From an uncultured delta proteobacterium (lineage in GTDB: Bacteria; Myxococcota_A; Polyangia; Fen-1088), in contig CAWCMR010000006.1 in assembly GCA_963796685.1 (NCBI GenBank), positions 1 through 64,000 of the forward strand: DNA of 64,000 nucleotides. The letters are read 5' to 3'. The notes under the pieces are model-generated. The model was not told where the DNA came from and made no database searches. It saw only the letters and a program-made list of their open reading frames with translations. Both the position numbers and the translations under genes were made by a program. This document shows, one piece after another, positions 24,508 to 34,663 of this stretch (position 1 is the first letter of the stretch; every line of letters begins with the position of its first letter).

Positions 24508-25593
24508 ATGACCGGTACACTACGCGTCGGGGTGTTGGGGGCGACAGGCATGGTGGGCCAGCGGTTCTTGGCGCTGCTCGAGAATCACCCGTGGTTCAAG
24601 GTCACGACCTTGGCCGCGAGCGTGAATTCGGCTGGCAAGACTTACAAGGACGCGGTGGCCGGACGTTGGGCCATGAAGACTCCTATCCCGGCGGCGGTCG
24701 CGGGCATGAAGGTGCTGAACGCCTCGGCCATCGACGATGTCGCGGCGCACGTGGACTTCGTGTTCTGCGCCGTGGACATGCCCAAGGACGACACCAGGAA
24801 GCTGGAAGAGGACTATGCCAAGCGCGAGATCCCCGTGGTGTCCAACAACTCGGCCCACCGCGGGACCGCGGACGTGCCCATGATGATTCCAGAGATCAAC
24901 GCCGACCACGCCGCCGTCATCGCGGATCAGCGCAAGCGCCTGGGCACCAAGCGCGGCTTCATCGCGGTCAAGCCCAACTGCTCGCTGCAGAGCTACGTGC
25001 CGGCCATCGATCCGCTGATGGCGTTCGTTCCGAAGGACATCTTCGTCTGCACCTACCAGGCTATTTCGGGGGCGGGCAAGACCTTCGAGACCTGGCCCGA
25101 GATGGTCGACAACGTGATTCCCTTCATCAAGGGCGAGGAGCAGAAGTCGGAAGAAGAGCCGATGAAGATCTGGGGCAGGCTCGAGGGCGGCAAGATCGTC
25201 GCCGCCACCTCGCCGCGCATCTCGGCGCAGTGCATTCGCGTGCCGGCCAGCGACGGTCACCTGGCCGCGGTGTTCGTGCGCTTCGAGAAGAAGCCCACCC
25301 AGGAGCAGATCCTCGAATGTTGGAAGAAGGCCTCCGGCAAACCACAGCAGCTCAAGCTGCCGAGTGCTCCCTCGCCCTATCTCACCTACTTCACCGAGGA
25401 CAATCGGCCGCAGACCAAGCTCGACCGTGATGCCGGGGCAGGGATGGGCATCACCATCGGTCGCCTGCGCCCCGACACGATCTACGACTACAAGTTCGTG
25501 TGCCTGTCGCACAACACGGTCCGCGGCGCGGCCGGCGGCGCGATCTTGACCGCCGAGCTGCTCGCGTCCGAGGGCTATATCACCGCCACCTAG
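24508..25593 (+). CDS. asd: Aspartate-semialdehyde dehydrogenase
   Basis: GATGMVGQ, KPNCS catalytic Cys, QAISGAG, HNTVRGAAGGA. Confidence 0.96.
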   Translation: MTGTLRVGVLGATGMVGQRFLALLENHPWFKVTTLAASVNSAGKTYKDAVAGRWAMKTPIPAAVAGMKVLNASAIDDVAAHVDFVFCAVDMPKDDTRKLEEDYAKREIPVVSNNSAHRGTADVPMMIPEINADHAAVIADQRKRLGTKRGFIAVKPNCSLQSYVPAIDPLMAFVPKDIFVCTYQAISGAGKTFETWPEMVDNVIPFIKGEEQKSEEEPMKIWGRLEGGKIVAATSPRISAQCIRVPASDGHLAAVFVRFEKKPTQEQILECWKKASGKPQQLKLPSAPSPYLTYFTEDNRPQTKLDRDAGAGMGITIGRLRPDTIYDYKFVCLSHNTVRGAAGGAILTAELLASEGYITAT

Positions 25594-25642
25594 ACGGCTC
25601 ACCGTGGCCGTAGGCGTCTTCGCCGTCGTGGCCGACGGTAAT

Positions 25643-25698
25643 TACAACCGGCCACGACCACGACCACGGCCACGACCTTCTGCGGCTATCGCGGGATT
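25643..25698. repeat. Dispersed (CCACGR)n-containing repeat
   Basis: TACAA.CGG(CCACGR)n..CCTTCTGCGGCTATCGCGGGATT recurs at 63652-63711. A related tract lies at ~53511-53584. Confidence 0.7.
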
Positions 25699-25827
25699 AC
25701 GGTCTCATCCGTCTCCGTGTCCTCTGTGTCCTCTGTGTCTAGAATGCGGAAATTGCTCGGGTTGCCGAGTGGCGCGGATCGGCGATCGGGCGCACAATGG
25801 TGGCGTTTGTGACTGGCGAGGCTTCCC

Positions 25828-26913
25828 GTGGACACCGCAGCAGTTGGCGCAAACAAACGAGCTCTTTCGGAAGGAACCTTCAGCAAGGGGATGGAGGCGG
25901 AGCTGCGGCTGCTGCGCCAGCTCGGCGTGAAGTTGAAAGCAGGGCTTTCGGTCGAGAAGTGCCTGGCCGCCCTGGTCGGCGAGACCAGGAATCGGCGTTT
26001 GCGCACGGCTTGCCAGGCGATGCACGCGCAAGTGGCTCGGGGCGCTTCGCTCTCGCTGGCCATGCGCGACCAAACCTCCTTCGATGCGGCAGTCGTGCGC
26101 ATGGTAGAGCTTGGCGAGCAGGCGGGGAACCTCAGGGGGGCCCTGGCCAATGCGTCGGACTATCTCGAACGCACGGGGCGGCTTCGTCGGGCCATGCACC
26201 ATGCGGTGGCGAGGCCCTTGAATGTACTGACCCTGGTGTTGCTGGCGATCTTCATTGCCGCCGTGTCCCTGTCGTTTCTGGTCAAGGAGGCGTTGCCCGA
26301 GGCCGGCACGCTTCATCACACCACGCTCGGCCTCGCGGATCGCATCGCCGTTCAGGTTGCCCGTGTCGTGCGCGAGGTCTGGCCGTACGTGGGCCTGCTC
26401 GGCTTTCTGAATTTTCTGGCTCTACAACTTCTGCCGCGCCGCGCTGGCTCGCGCGCGGTCCTCGGTCAAGTCGCCTTGAGAGTGCCCCTGGCGGCTGCGG
26501 CGACGCGCGCCACGGCGCAGGCGTGTTTCGTTCGCACCGTTGGCGTTTTGATGCGAACCGGGGAGCCGTTGGGCGAGTCGATGTCGATCGCGGCCGAGAC
26601 CGCGACCCAACCCTTCATGTGCGGTGCCCTCGCGCTGACCGTGCGGAAGATCGAGGAGGGAAAGCCCTACATCGAAGCCATGGTCGAGGGGGGATTCCTG
26701 CGTCGGCGCGACGTCAACGCGGTTCAATCCGCCGAGCGCCGGGGCGAGCTGGCAGCGTTCATGCTCACCTTCGCGGACGAATGCGAACGCGAGGCCTCCG
26801 ATGCTGTTCGCACGCTCACGACCGTTGCCCATACCGTGGTCGTCGTGCTGCTCGGGTTGGCTATCGCCGCCGTCGTGCTCAGCCTCTACGTTCCGGTCTT
26901 CGTCTCGCGCTGA
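25828..26913 (+). CDS. Type II secretion system F / PilC family inner-membrane protein
   Basis: RQL...LKAGL, GASLS.AM, MV.LGE..GNL, a second T2SSF repeat AE..GEL, C-terminal SLYVPVF. Confidence 0.88.
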   Translation: MDTAAVGANKRALSEGTFSKGMEAELRLLRQLGVKLKAGLSVEKCLAALVGETRNRRLRTACQAMHAQVARGASLSLAMRDQTSFDAAVVRMVELGEQAGNLRGALANASDYLERTGRLRRAMHHAVARPLNVLTLVLLAIFIAAVSLSFLVKEALPEAGTLHHTTLGLADRIAVQVARVVREVWPYVGLLGFLNFLALQLLPRRAGSRAVLGQVALRVPLAAAATRATAQACFVRTVGVLMRTGEPLGESMSIAAETATQPFMCGALALTVRKIEEGKPYIEAMVEGGFLRRRDVNAVQSAERRGELAAFMLTFADECEREASDAVRTLTTVAHTVVVVLLGLAIAAVVLSLYVPVFVSR

Positions 26914-26921
26914 AGGGGTCG

Positions 26922-28733
26922 TTACCGGAATCCCAGTCGGTAGCCGACGTCGATGATGGCGCCGGCCGCATTGCCGTCGATCCGATCGCCGCTCGAGAAG
27001 GTGTCGAGGTAGACGGCCAGGTAGCGCAGCGAGGCCACGAAGCGGCCATCGCGCAAACGGAAGCCGGTCTCGACGCTGGCCTCTCCTGCGGCACCGTAGC
27101 TCATGCCCACGATGGTGGCGCCGTAGGTGCGGGTTCGCACCCAGGACATGGCGAAGCCAGCGCCCGCGCCCAGCCCGAAGAAGGCTCGGCCCGCGCTGGC
27201 GCGGTACTGGACGCGAAACAGGATCGGCAGCGTGGCGAGCGACGCCCGCGTGATGCCCGCCGCGCTTTCGGTGGAGAACCAGGACTGCGCAAGTCCGAGG
27301 GAGAGACCTACGCCAAAATCCGGATGACGGCTGCTGCGAAATGCCATCGCGTCGACGAAGAAGGTTGCACCGGCCGCGTCGCCCAGGTTCCAGAGCGCCC
27401 CCAGGCGTGGGGTCAGGGTGTAGCGTGACGAGGGCTTCTCCTGCTCAGGGTCCGGGCGTGACGGCTGCCGCTGGATGCCGATGGGGATCCTTCGGATGGC
27501 GTATCCCTGGTCCAGGACGCCCTCCACGACCACGTCTGGCTGGCCGCCGGCGTGCGCTGGCGTCTGGACGACGACCATGGGCTCTCCGTCGGCGTCGGCC
27601 TTGACCAGGGCGGGCTGGCCGTCCACCAATACCTCCGCGCGGCCGGCGTCGACCGGGTTGCCGAATACATCCTCGGCGCCGAGGAAAACGCGCATGGCCG
27701 CGCCCGGGGTCCGTCCGAGATAGGGCGCCTCCGGCTCCAGCGTCAGCCCCGAAGCGGGCGCCGGCACCAGCGCGATGCGAATCGCCGCCCTGGTCGTGCT
27801 CTGGCCCTTGAGCTGGGCCTCCAAGCGCAGGCTCTTTTCTCGCAGGATCGTCGGAGCCCTTACCAGAAAGCGCGCCTCGCCCGGGATTCGGCCGCCAAGC
27901 GGACGCACCTTGCTTTGCCCGGCCCGCAGGACCAGGTCGGCGCCGTTGGCCGCGTGGCCCGAGGGCTCGACCGCGTAGACCGCGACCTCGGCCACGTTGC
28001 CGGCGACGAGCACCTCGGGACCGGCGATGAGGACCCGTTGCGAGTAGGGGACGCGCAGGTCGAGCATCTGTTCGGTGGCCTTGCCCTGGTCGTTGACGGA
28101 GCGAGCGGTGGCGAACTCGACGCCCGGGGGGACCACGACCGGGACGTGCACGATACCGTCGGCCGGCGCGGTCTGCGGACCGAAATCGCGATCGCCCACG
28201 CGCAAGGTGACCTGCGCGCCCGGATCGGTGCGCAGGGTCGGCGCGGTGGCCGCGCGGAGAGCCACGGTGGTCACGCCGCGCAAAGGCCAGCCCGGGTTTG
28301 CGAATTCCGCGACGATGATGGCGGGCTGGGGAAAGCGGGCCGCCGGCAGAATGTAGCGGGCGCTGAAGCTCGCGGGGCCCTCCCGCCCCAGATCCTCGAT
28401 CTGTCCCACGCTGCACAGCACCCGCGGCATCGGCATCGGATCGCCGGGAGCGTCGGCGACGTAGATGCGCAGGCCGGTCTCGCCGGTGACGCCGATGACC
28501 GGTGAAGGATCGGCCAAGGTGAGCGTCACCGACGGCCGCGGCCGTTGCGGGACCGTATCCGGTGCCGGCTCTGCGCTTGCCGAACCAGCGGTGCACGGGA
28601 GGAATGCGAGCGACAACAGGCCAACCAGGGGGAAGGCCGGGCCGGGACCGTGGGTCTTGGGCTTCTGCCGGATGCGTCCCCCGCCTCCCTCTGTGCCCGC
28701 CAGGTTCTTGGTGCCCTCTGTGGTTGCAATCAT
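26922..28733 (-). CDS. Secreted multidomain protein with a probable C-terminal beta-barrel
   Basis: Signal-like segment, beta-rich domains, amphipathic strands ending DVGYRLGFR. Start uncertain. Confidence 0.7.
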   Translation of the reverse strand: MIATTEGTKNLAGTEGGGGRIRQKPKTHGPGPAFPLVGLLSLAFLPCTAGSASAEPAPDTVPQRPRPSVTLTLADPSPVIGVTGETGLRIYVADAPGDPMPMPRVLCSVGQIEDLGREGPASFSARYILPAARFPQPAIIVAEFANPGWPLRGVTTVALRAATAPTLRTDPGAQVTLRVGDRDFGPQTAPADGIVHVPVVVPPGVEFATARSVNDQGKATEQMLDLRVPYSQRVLIAGPEVLVAGNVAEVAVYAVEPSGHAANGADLVLRAGQSKVRPLGGRIPGEARFLVRAPTILREKSLRLEAQLKGQSTTRAAIRIALVPAPASGLTLEPEAPYLGRTPGAAMRVFLGAEDVFGNPVDAGRAEVLVDGQPALVKADADGEPMVVVQTPAHAGGQPDVVVEGVLDQGYAIRRIPIGIQRQPSRPDPEQEKPSSRYTLTPRLGALWNLGDAAGATFFVDAMAFRSSRHPDFGVGLSLGLAQSWFSTESAAGITRASLATLPILFRVQYRASAGRAFFGLGAGAGFAMSWVRTRTYGATIVGMSYGAAGEASVETGFRLRDGRFVASLRYLAVYLDTFSSGDRIDGNAAGAIIDVGYRLGFR

Positions 28734-29671
28734 GGATTCCACAGCTCCTGGTTCGCCGGTACCAGGGTGGGGGCCGACGCGGCGCGCGTGACGACCCTGT
28801 CGACACTCTTGGTGCGACCGATGATGTCCTCGGCGTCGACCTCGACGTGATTCTTGCCGATCTTGAGCGGGACCGTCGCGTGGAAGATGCCGTCGGGGGC
28901 CACCTCGGTCTCCACGCCGTTGACGTTTACCCTCGATGAAGGTTGGGCCTTGCCCTTGATTTTCGCCTGGCCGCCCAGGCGGTCGTCTTCGGGCCAGATC
29001 ACGGAAAGCAAGATCTCCTGCGGGATGGGTTCGGGATCGGAGGGTGCCTGGTCGGGCAAGGCCATGCTGGTGCTGCCGCTCGGGACGACAACCTCCTTGC
29101 CCTTGCCGGAGAAACGGGCCGCGCCCTCCGAGGTTGCGACGTTGACCTTGCCCGAGGGCGAGAGTGAAACCACGAAGCGCGCAGCGCCGACATTCGAGGT
29201 CTTGGTGTGCAGGGCGGTGATTTCCACGTGCTCTTTGTCGCCGTCCACACTGGCCGACACCTTGCCGCCGCGGAGCAGCCCGACCTGGGCGGTTTCCTTC
29301 TCCAGGTCGTCCAGTCGCAGATCCATGTTGTCGCGCAATTCGAGCTCGACGCTGCCTCGCCGGAGCAGCGCGCGCGCTCCCGGCTTGGTGCGGATGACGT
29401 CCTTCGTGGACAGGAGGTGTCCGACGCGAACGACGTACCACTGGCCGTTCTGCAGGGCTTCCACGTCGCCTTGCAGGGCTGTCACGCGAAACAGATGCTG
29501 GTTACTCTCCGGCGTCACGGGCGCCACCGGAGACAGGCCGGCCGGCATCTCGGGCTTGCGCTCCTCGAAAAAACGCCGGGACAGCAACGTCGCGATGGCC
29601 AGCACGGCGATGACGAGCACCATCACCAGGATCTGGAAACGGGCGACCGGATGTCGGCTCGGCCGAGTCAT
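28730..29671 (-). CDS. FecR-like domain membrane protein with a C-terminal Ig-like domain
   Basis: N-terminal TM helix; GHLLSTKDVIRT...ARALL FecR pattern; VNG...DG.F...L..GKN.VEV.AED..GR. Confidence 0.75.
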   Translation of the reverse strand: MTRPSRHPVARFQILVMVLVIAVLAIATLLSRRFFEERKPEMPAGLSPVAPVTPESNQHLFRVTALQGDVEALQNGQWYVVRVGHLLSTKDVIRTKPGARALLRRGSVELELRDNMDLRLDDLEKETAQVGLLRGGKVSASVDGDKEHVEITALHTKTSNVGAARFVVSLSPSGKVNVATSEGAARFSGKGKEVVVPSGSTSMALPDQAPSDPEPIPQEILLSVIWPEDDRLGGQAKIKGKAQPSSRVNVNGVETEVAPDGIFHATVPLKIGKNHVEVDAEDIIGRTKSVDRVVTRAASAPTLVPANQELWNP

Positions 29672-31575
29672 GCGAGGGGGCCGGCTCCAAGGTCGATGGG
29701 CAAGGTGATCCAGAAAGTCGTTCCCCTCGACACTGCGCTTTCGACGCGGATGGTGCCACCGTGGTCCTCGATGATCTTGTGCACCACCGAGAGGCCGATG
29801 CCGGTGTCGGTGCGCTGGGACTTGGTGGTGAAGAACGGGTCGAAGATGCGCGACAGGTGTTCGGGCCTGATGCCTCGCCCCGTATCCGAGATGCGCACCC
29901 GGAACAGCTTCTCTTCCGGCAAGGTGGTCTCGAGCGTCAGAGCGCCGCCGTCGTCCATGGCCGCCACGGCATTTTGGATCAGTTGGATGAAGGCGGCCTG
30001 TAGCTGTAGCGCGTTTCCGCGCACGGGCGGGCTGGTGCCGGCAACGCGCTTGACGATCCGAACCTTGGCACTGGCCAGGTTCTGCGTTCCGCACAGCTCG
30101 ATCGCGTCGTCGATGATGGTGGCGATGTTCAGGGTGCGGAATCCTTCCCCGCCTTGGCGCTGCGAGAAACGGAGCAGGTTGGACACGATGCCTTGGATGC
30201 GCAAGGCTTGGTCCTCGATGTCTTGCACCATGGCGTGGGCGGGATGCTCCTTGGGCAGATCCGTGAGCGCGAGCTGCGCCAACCCGAGCACGCCCGTGAG
30301 CGGGTTGTTGATCTCGTGGGCCACGCCGGCGCCGAGCGAGCCGATGGCGGCCAGCGCGCGCGAGCGCAAGAGGAGATCCTGGGCTTCTCGCAGCTCCTTG
30401 GTCTTACCCTCGACCCGTTTCTCCAGACTCTCGTTCCAGTCCATGATCTGGCGCGTCTGTTGCGTGATTTCGCTGCGAGCGGCGTCGAGCGAGCTGGCCA
30501 TGGCGTTGAAGGACTTTGCCAGCTCACCGAGCTCGTCGTTGGACGACACCTCGAGGCGCATGTCGAGCTTGCCCCGGGCGATGTCCTGCGAGCCGCGAAG
30601 AAGCGAGCCCACGCGGCTGGAAAGCGAGCGGGCGAGCGCGGCCCCGACCAAGGCAGCCACCAGCGCCGCCACCCCGACCCAGTAGGCCGTGGTCCAACCC
30701 AATCTGCGCGCCGGACGCAGGGCCGCATCCAGCCAGCGCTCGACCACCACGCCCAGCATGAAGGTGGGCGCCGGAACATAGGCGCCGATGACCCGATGCC
30801 CGCCGCTTTCGTACTCGGCGACGAACCAGTTTTCCGGCAGTTTGTGCTCGGGCGTCTTGCCAAAGCCCTTGAGCGCGAAGGACGGCGGTCCCACGGAACG
30901 GCCCGAGACCACCACCCGACCCTCGCTGTCGAGCAAGATGATATCGCGGTCGTTGGTGGATAGCGAGGCCAGGTGGTCGGCGATGCGGCGCAAGGATATG
31001 GCGGCGGCGATGATCCGCGTGCCATTTTCCCCCGGGCCCTCGTAGCGAACCGCCAGCACGACGTGCGGTGAGCTCGATGCACCCGCAATCAGGATGGGGC
31101 CTACCGCCGAGCCCTCGCGCAAGGTCTGCTCGACGGGCACCAGGCCGGGCAACTTGGCAGCCTCGTCCGCGGTCACGATCTCGTGGGCGCCGAAAGAATC
31201 GTTGCGCGGTTCCATGGACAGGAAGGCGGATGGAACGACCGATTCGCCGTTCTTGTCGAGCATGGCCACGATGCTGAAGTCGTCGCTCTGGTGATAGACG
31301 AGGTGGAGAAATTTTCGCAGGGCCTCTTGCGGGGGCAGGGTGGTCCCGATGCGCGTGAGGTCCAGGATGCGGGTCTCCACCGCCATGGTGGCGCGCAGGT
31401 TTCCGAGCTGGCTCGACACGTATTCGGAGATCTGGCGGGCGAGCAGGACCTCGTGGCCCTCGATGGCCTCGCGCAAGGCGGCCTGGCTGACCCGAATCGA
31501 CGAATAGCCCGCGATGGCGAGCGGCACCGCCGCGACGCCGATGGAAAGCAGGGCGAGCTTGGGTAGGAGCTTCAC
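29668..31575 (-). CDS. Sensor histidine kinase (Cache-like, HAMP, HisKA, HATPase)
   Basis: Two TM helices, DELGELAKSFN.M, AHEINNPL, NA..A, DTGRGI, FDPFFTTK, GTTF. Confidence 0.93.
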   Translation of the reverse strand: MKLLPKLALLSIGVAAVPLAIAGYSSIRVSQAALREAIEGHEVLLARQISEYVSSQLGNLRATMAVETRILDLTRIGTTLPPQEALRKFLHLVYHQSDDFSIVAMLDKNGESVVPSAFLSMEPRNDSFGAHEIVTADEAAKLPGLVPVEQTLREGSAVGPILIAGASSSPHVVLAVRYEGPGENGTRIIAAAISLRRIADHLASLSTNDRDIILLDSEGRVVVSGRSVGPPSFALKGFGKTPEHKLPENWFVAEYESGGHRVIGAYVPAPTFMLGVVVERWLDAALRPARRLGWTTAYWVGVAALVAALVGAALARSLSSRVGSLLRGSQDIARGKLDMRLEVSSNDELGELAKSFNAMASSLDAARSEITQQTRQIMDWNESLEKRVEGKTKELREAQDLLLRSRALAAIGSLGAGVAHEINNPLTGVLGLAQLALTDLPKEHPAHAMVQDIEDQALRIQGIVSNLLRFSQRQGGEGFRTLNIATIIDDAIELCGTQNLASAKVRIVKRVAGTSPPVRGNALQLQAAFIQLIQNAVAAMDDGGALTLETTLPEEKLFRVRISDTGRGIRPEHLSRIFDPFFTTKSQRTDTGIGLSVVHKIIEDHGGTIRVESAVSRGTTFWITLPIDLGAGPLA

Positions 31576-32828
31576 GGCGTCCTCCAGGTGAAGCCGTCTT
31601 GCAGCCGAGTGAAGCCGAGCGCTTCGTCCCAAGCCCACACCGTGGTTGATCCACTGCCGCTGGGCGTACGGCCGAGGATCGTGCTGTCGCTCTGGATGAA
31701 CGGTTGGTCGAGGGGCATCGCGCTGTCCAGGGTGGGGCCGAAGTAGATCCGCGTATTGTTGGTGAAGCCCTTCCCGGTCAACACCACCACGGTGGCGCCT
31801 GTCGAGATGCCGGTGTTGGGGGTGATGGTCTCGACCAGGGGAGGCGGCAGGTAGGTGAAGACCAAGACGCCGGTGGCGTCCCCGAGCGGCGTGTGGACGA
31901 CAATCGCGGCGGAGCCCTCGGCGTGCGCGGGCACGTGGCCGCTCAAGGTGTTCTCGTCGATCACGATTCCGCCTTCGGGAAACAGCGGCACGCCTTCCAG
32001 GATGGCCTGGCTGCCCTGGCGAAAACCACTGCCCGTGATGACGACATCCGTGCCACCTGCCGTGCCGCCGCTGACGGGCCAGATCGACTCCACGGTCGGC
32101 CGCGGGAGCACGGTGAACGAGAGGGTCGCCCGGCCGATGTTTCCGGCGTTGGCGGCGTCCTCGGCTGTCGCGACGAATTCGATGGTCTCGCCCCCTCGCA
32201 GCGTCGGGCTGACCTTGACCTGGAAGGGGCAATCGACCTCTGCGGCGTGCGCCGGTATGGGACACGGGCCGCCCGCGCGTTGCTGGCCGGATTCGCTGTA
32301 GGTCCAGCCCAATTGGGTCACGTTCCCCAGCGGCGCATCGGAGGCGTGGATGCTTCCGCGCAACGTCGTTCCCGGTCCCACGGGGGTGTCGGCCGACGGG
32401 CTGGTGAACGTGACGACAGGGGGGGTTAGGTCGGGTCCAAGCTCGTCGAACGCATTCGCCAGCGTCGCCCTCTGACCGCGCGGATCCGTGAGCTCGACAT
32501 CCACGGGTCCGGCAGGGAGCGTGGCGGCCAATGCGCTCGGCAGGGAGGCCGCCATCCGACTCGTGGACTGCCAAGTCAGGTCGGTCAATTCGACCCACGA
32601 AGCTCCCTTGATCATGCGTACACGAAAGCCATCGACCACGGCCACGCGACTGCCGGTCCTCGGGTCGAGGGTCGTGGCGGGAAGGAATCCGTCGCCCGTG
32701 AGGGTCAAGCGGACATCGGCGTCGCTGTAGGCCTGCACCGGCTCCACGCTGGTCAGGACCGGCCGCGGATTTTCGCAGCCCCAAGACTGGCAGGCGCAAA
32801 GGGTGAGACATGCCCAGCGAAACCGCAT
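31572..32828 (-). CDS. IPT/TIG-domain secreted protein or lipoprotein
   Basis: P.V.SI.P.SG...GGT.V.ITGSGF repeats; signal peptide with Cys. Confidence 0.82.
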   Translation of the reverse strand: MRFRWACLTLCACQSWGCENPRPVLTSVEPVQAYSDADVRLTLTGDGFLPATTLDPRTGSRVAVVDGFRVRMIKGASWVELTDLTWQSTSRMAASLPSALAATLPAGPVDVELTDPRGQRATLANAFDELGPDLTPPVVTFTSPSADTPVGPGTTLRGSIHASDAPLGNVTQLGWTYSESGQQRAGGPCPIPAHAAEVDCPFQVKVSPTLRGGETIEFVATAEDAANAGNIGRATLSFTVLPRPTVESIWPVSGGTAGGTDVVITGSGFRQGSQAILEGVPLFPEGGIVIDENTLSGHVPAHAEGSAAIVVHTPLGDATGVLVFTYLPPPLVETITPNTGISTGATVVVLTGKGFTNNTRIYFGPTLDSAMPLDQPFIQSDSTILGRTPSGSGSTTVWAWDEALGFTRLQDGFTWRTP

Positions 32829-32913
32829 TGTGCTTCATCTTAACAGGGCGGGGTTGGTGCCAAGCATCTTCCAGCAGTTGACTCTTTTGCTTCCGCCTGG
32901 AAGATTTCACGCA

Positions 32914-33156
32914 ATGTCAGACTACGCAACCATCCGCGACATGGTCAGCCATCGCGTCACCTTCGAATTCGATTCGGGGGCGAAGATTGTGGGATACATT
33001 GCCGCCTGCGCCCCGCCCGACGGTCCGGTCGAGTACGCCGTGCTCTCCAAGGCGCAGATCTTGGACTCGAAAAACCGGGTGGTGGCCCGCTTCGAGGAGC
33101 TGCCGGTCGTGCCCAACAGCCTGATCAGCTTCGCGGTGACGGAAGGACCGCTGTGA
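32914..33156 (+). CDS. 80-aa protein, possible Sm/LSm-like fold
   Basis: Short helix followed by the strand pattern RVTFEFDSG-KIVGYI-AVLSKA-ELPVV-SLISF. Confidence 0.65.
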   Translation: MSDYATIRDMVSHRVTFEFDSGAKIVGYIAACAPPDGPVEYAVLSKAQILDSKNRVVARFEELPVVPNSLISFAVTEGPL

Positions 33157-33171
33157 GCTGCTCCGATTCTC

Positions 33172-33474
33172 GTGGCGACCGCGGATAGAGCGAACGAGCG
33201 GCGCCTGCACGCCGTGGTGCATGGCCGCGTACAGGGGGTCGGGTACCGCGCCACGACCCTCGACGAGGCTAGACGTCTCGGACTTGCGGGTTGGGTGCGC
33301 AACCGCGTCGACGGAAGCGTGGAGGTCCTGGCCGAGGGGTCGGAGGCCAAGCTCAACCTGTTTCTGGCCTACCTGCAGCGAGGTCCTTGGGGTGCCCACG
33401 TGGCGTCGGTGGCGGCCGACTGGGACGAGGCGCAAGGCGCGCCCATGCCCTTTCAGGTCAAGCACACGGAATAG
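33172..33474 (+). CDS. acyP: Acylphosphatase
   Basis: VHGRVQGVGYR, GWVRN..DGSVEV.AEG. Confidence 0.95.
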   Translation: MATADRANERRLHAVVHGRVQGVGYRATTLDEARRLGLAGWVRNRVDGSVEVLAEGSEAKLNLFLAYLQRGPWGAHVASVAADWDEAQGAPMPFQVKHTE

Positions 33475-34330
33475 TCAGCGCGCCGCGTGGGCCTGGCGTT
33501 CCAGCTCGGCGATGTGCTTTTGCACTTCGGCGCGGTTGGGGGCGGTTGGCGCGACGCGTAGGTAGCTTCGATAGGATTCCAGGGCCTCTTTGTTGTTGCC
33601 CATCTTGCGGTGGCACTGCGCGATGTTGAACAGGAAGGGCGGATCTTGGATCGCCAGGTACGCTGCCTCGTATTCGGACAGGGCTTCCGAGAAACGTCCG
33701 AGGTTGTACATGCTCGTGCCGCGGGTGGCGTGGGCCTTGGCTTCGGCGGTCGGGCTGCGCGGCGGCAGCACCCTGGAGGGTGGCCTGGCAGCCGCGAACG
33801 TCGACTTTTCGCGAACGACCTCTTTGCTGGCTCTTCTTCTCTGTGCGAATTCGGCGAGGGCAGGGGCGCGGAGCAACGCCAGCGCAGCCTCATGGGCCAT
33901 CGAGGTCGCGAATTCGCCGCTGCCATGGAGCCTCGATCTCCGTGGACGCCAGGGCTACGGCCAGCCCACCCTTTTCGGCGGTCAGCCCGACGCGCCCGCG
34001 CAGGTAGCCGACGGCGCCCGTCACCCGAGTCTCGATGCGCAGCGTGAGGTCGAGCGACTTGTCGCCAGCCCCCACGACTGTCAGCCCGAGCCGTCCGAGC
34101 TCGGCTTGCAGCGCGGCCTTGAGGTGGTCGCCAAGTCGCGAATCCACGTTGCCCTCGACGACGATGGCCACCTCCTCGGCCACCCGTACGCGCAGGCCGC
34201 GGATATCCGGCGGCAGCTCCGGCGACTGCGCGGCGGGCAGCGACGTTTGGTCGCTCGAAGAAAGCACACCGCTGCACCCCAACCAAAGGGCGACGCCGGC
34301 CAGCATGAAGCGGACATGCACGGATCCCAT
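33475..34330 (-). pseudogene. Lipoprotein with C-terminal TPRs; one +1 frameshift at ~33931
   Basis: LWLGC lipobox ORF joins the TPR ORF (FNIAQCHRKMG...YRSYL) if one G is removed (span 856 = 3n+1). Confidence 0.7.
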
Positions 34331-34381
34331 ATCGGCCGAAGCCTTGCGCAGCTTCAGCCCGACCGTTGTATAAAGGCCGCC

Positions 34382-34555
34382 ATGTCGCTCGACGCGAAGC
34401 TGCTGGAGATCATCGCCTGTCCCAAGTGCAAGGGCCGCCTGGAGCTCAAGGCCGATGGAAGCGCCCTGACGTGTCAGGCCTGCCGCCTGGCCTATCCAGT
34501 GGTCGACGAAATCCCGAACCTCATCGCCGAAGACGCCCAACCTTTCGACAGCTAG
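34382..34555 (+). CDS. Trm112/YcaR family protein
   Basis: LLEIIACPKCKG.L...L.C..C.LAYPV.DEIP.L. Confidence 0.9.
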   Translation: MSLDAKLLEIIACPKCKGRLELKADGSALTCQACRLAYPVVDEIPNLIAEDAQPFDS

Positions 34556-34663
34556 GTATCGGGAGCAAACTTCGCCCTGCCCATTTCTCGGCCGTCCGGG
34601 GTTCTTTCCCCAATCCCTCGCGACTTGGCGGCGTGGGGCGACCCAATCACAACCCAAAGGATC

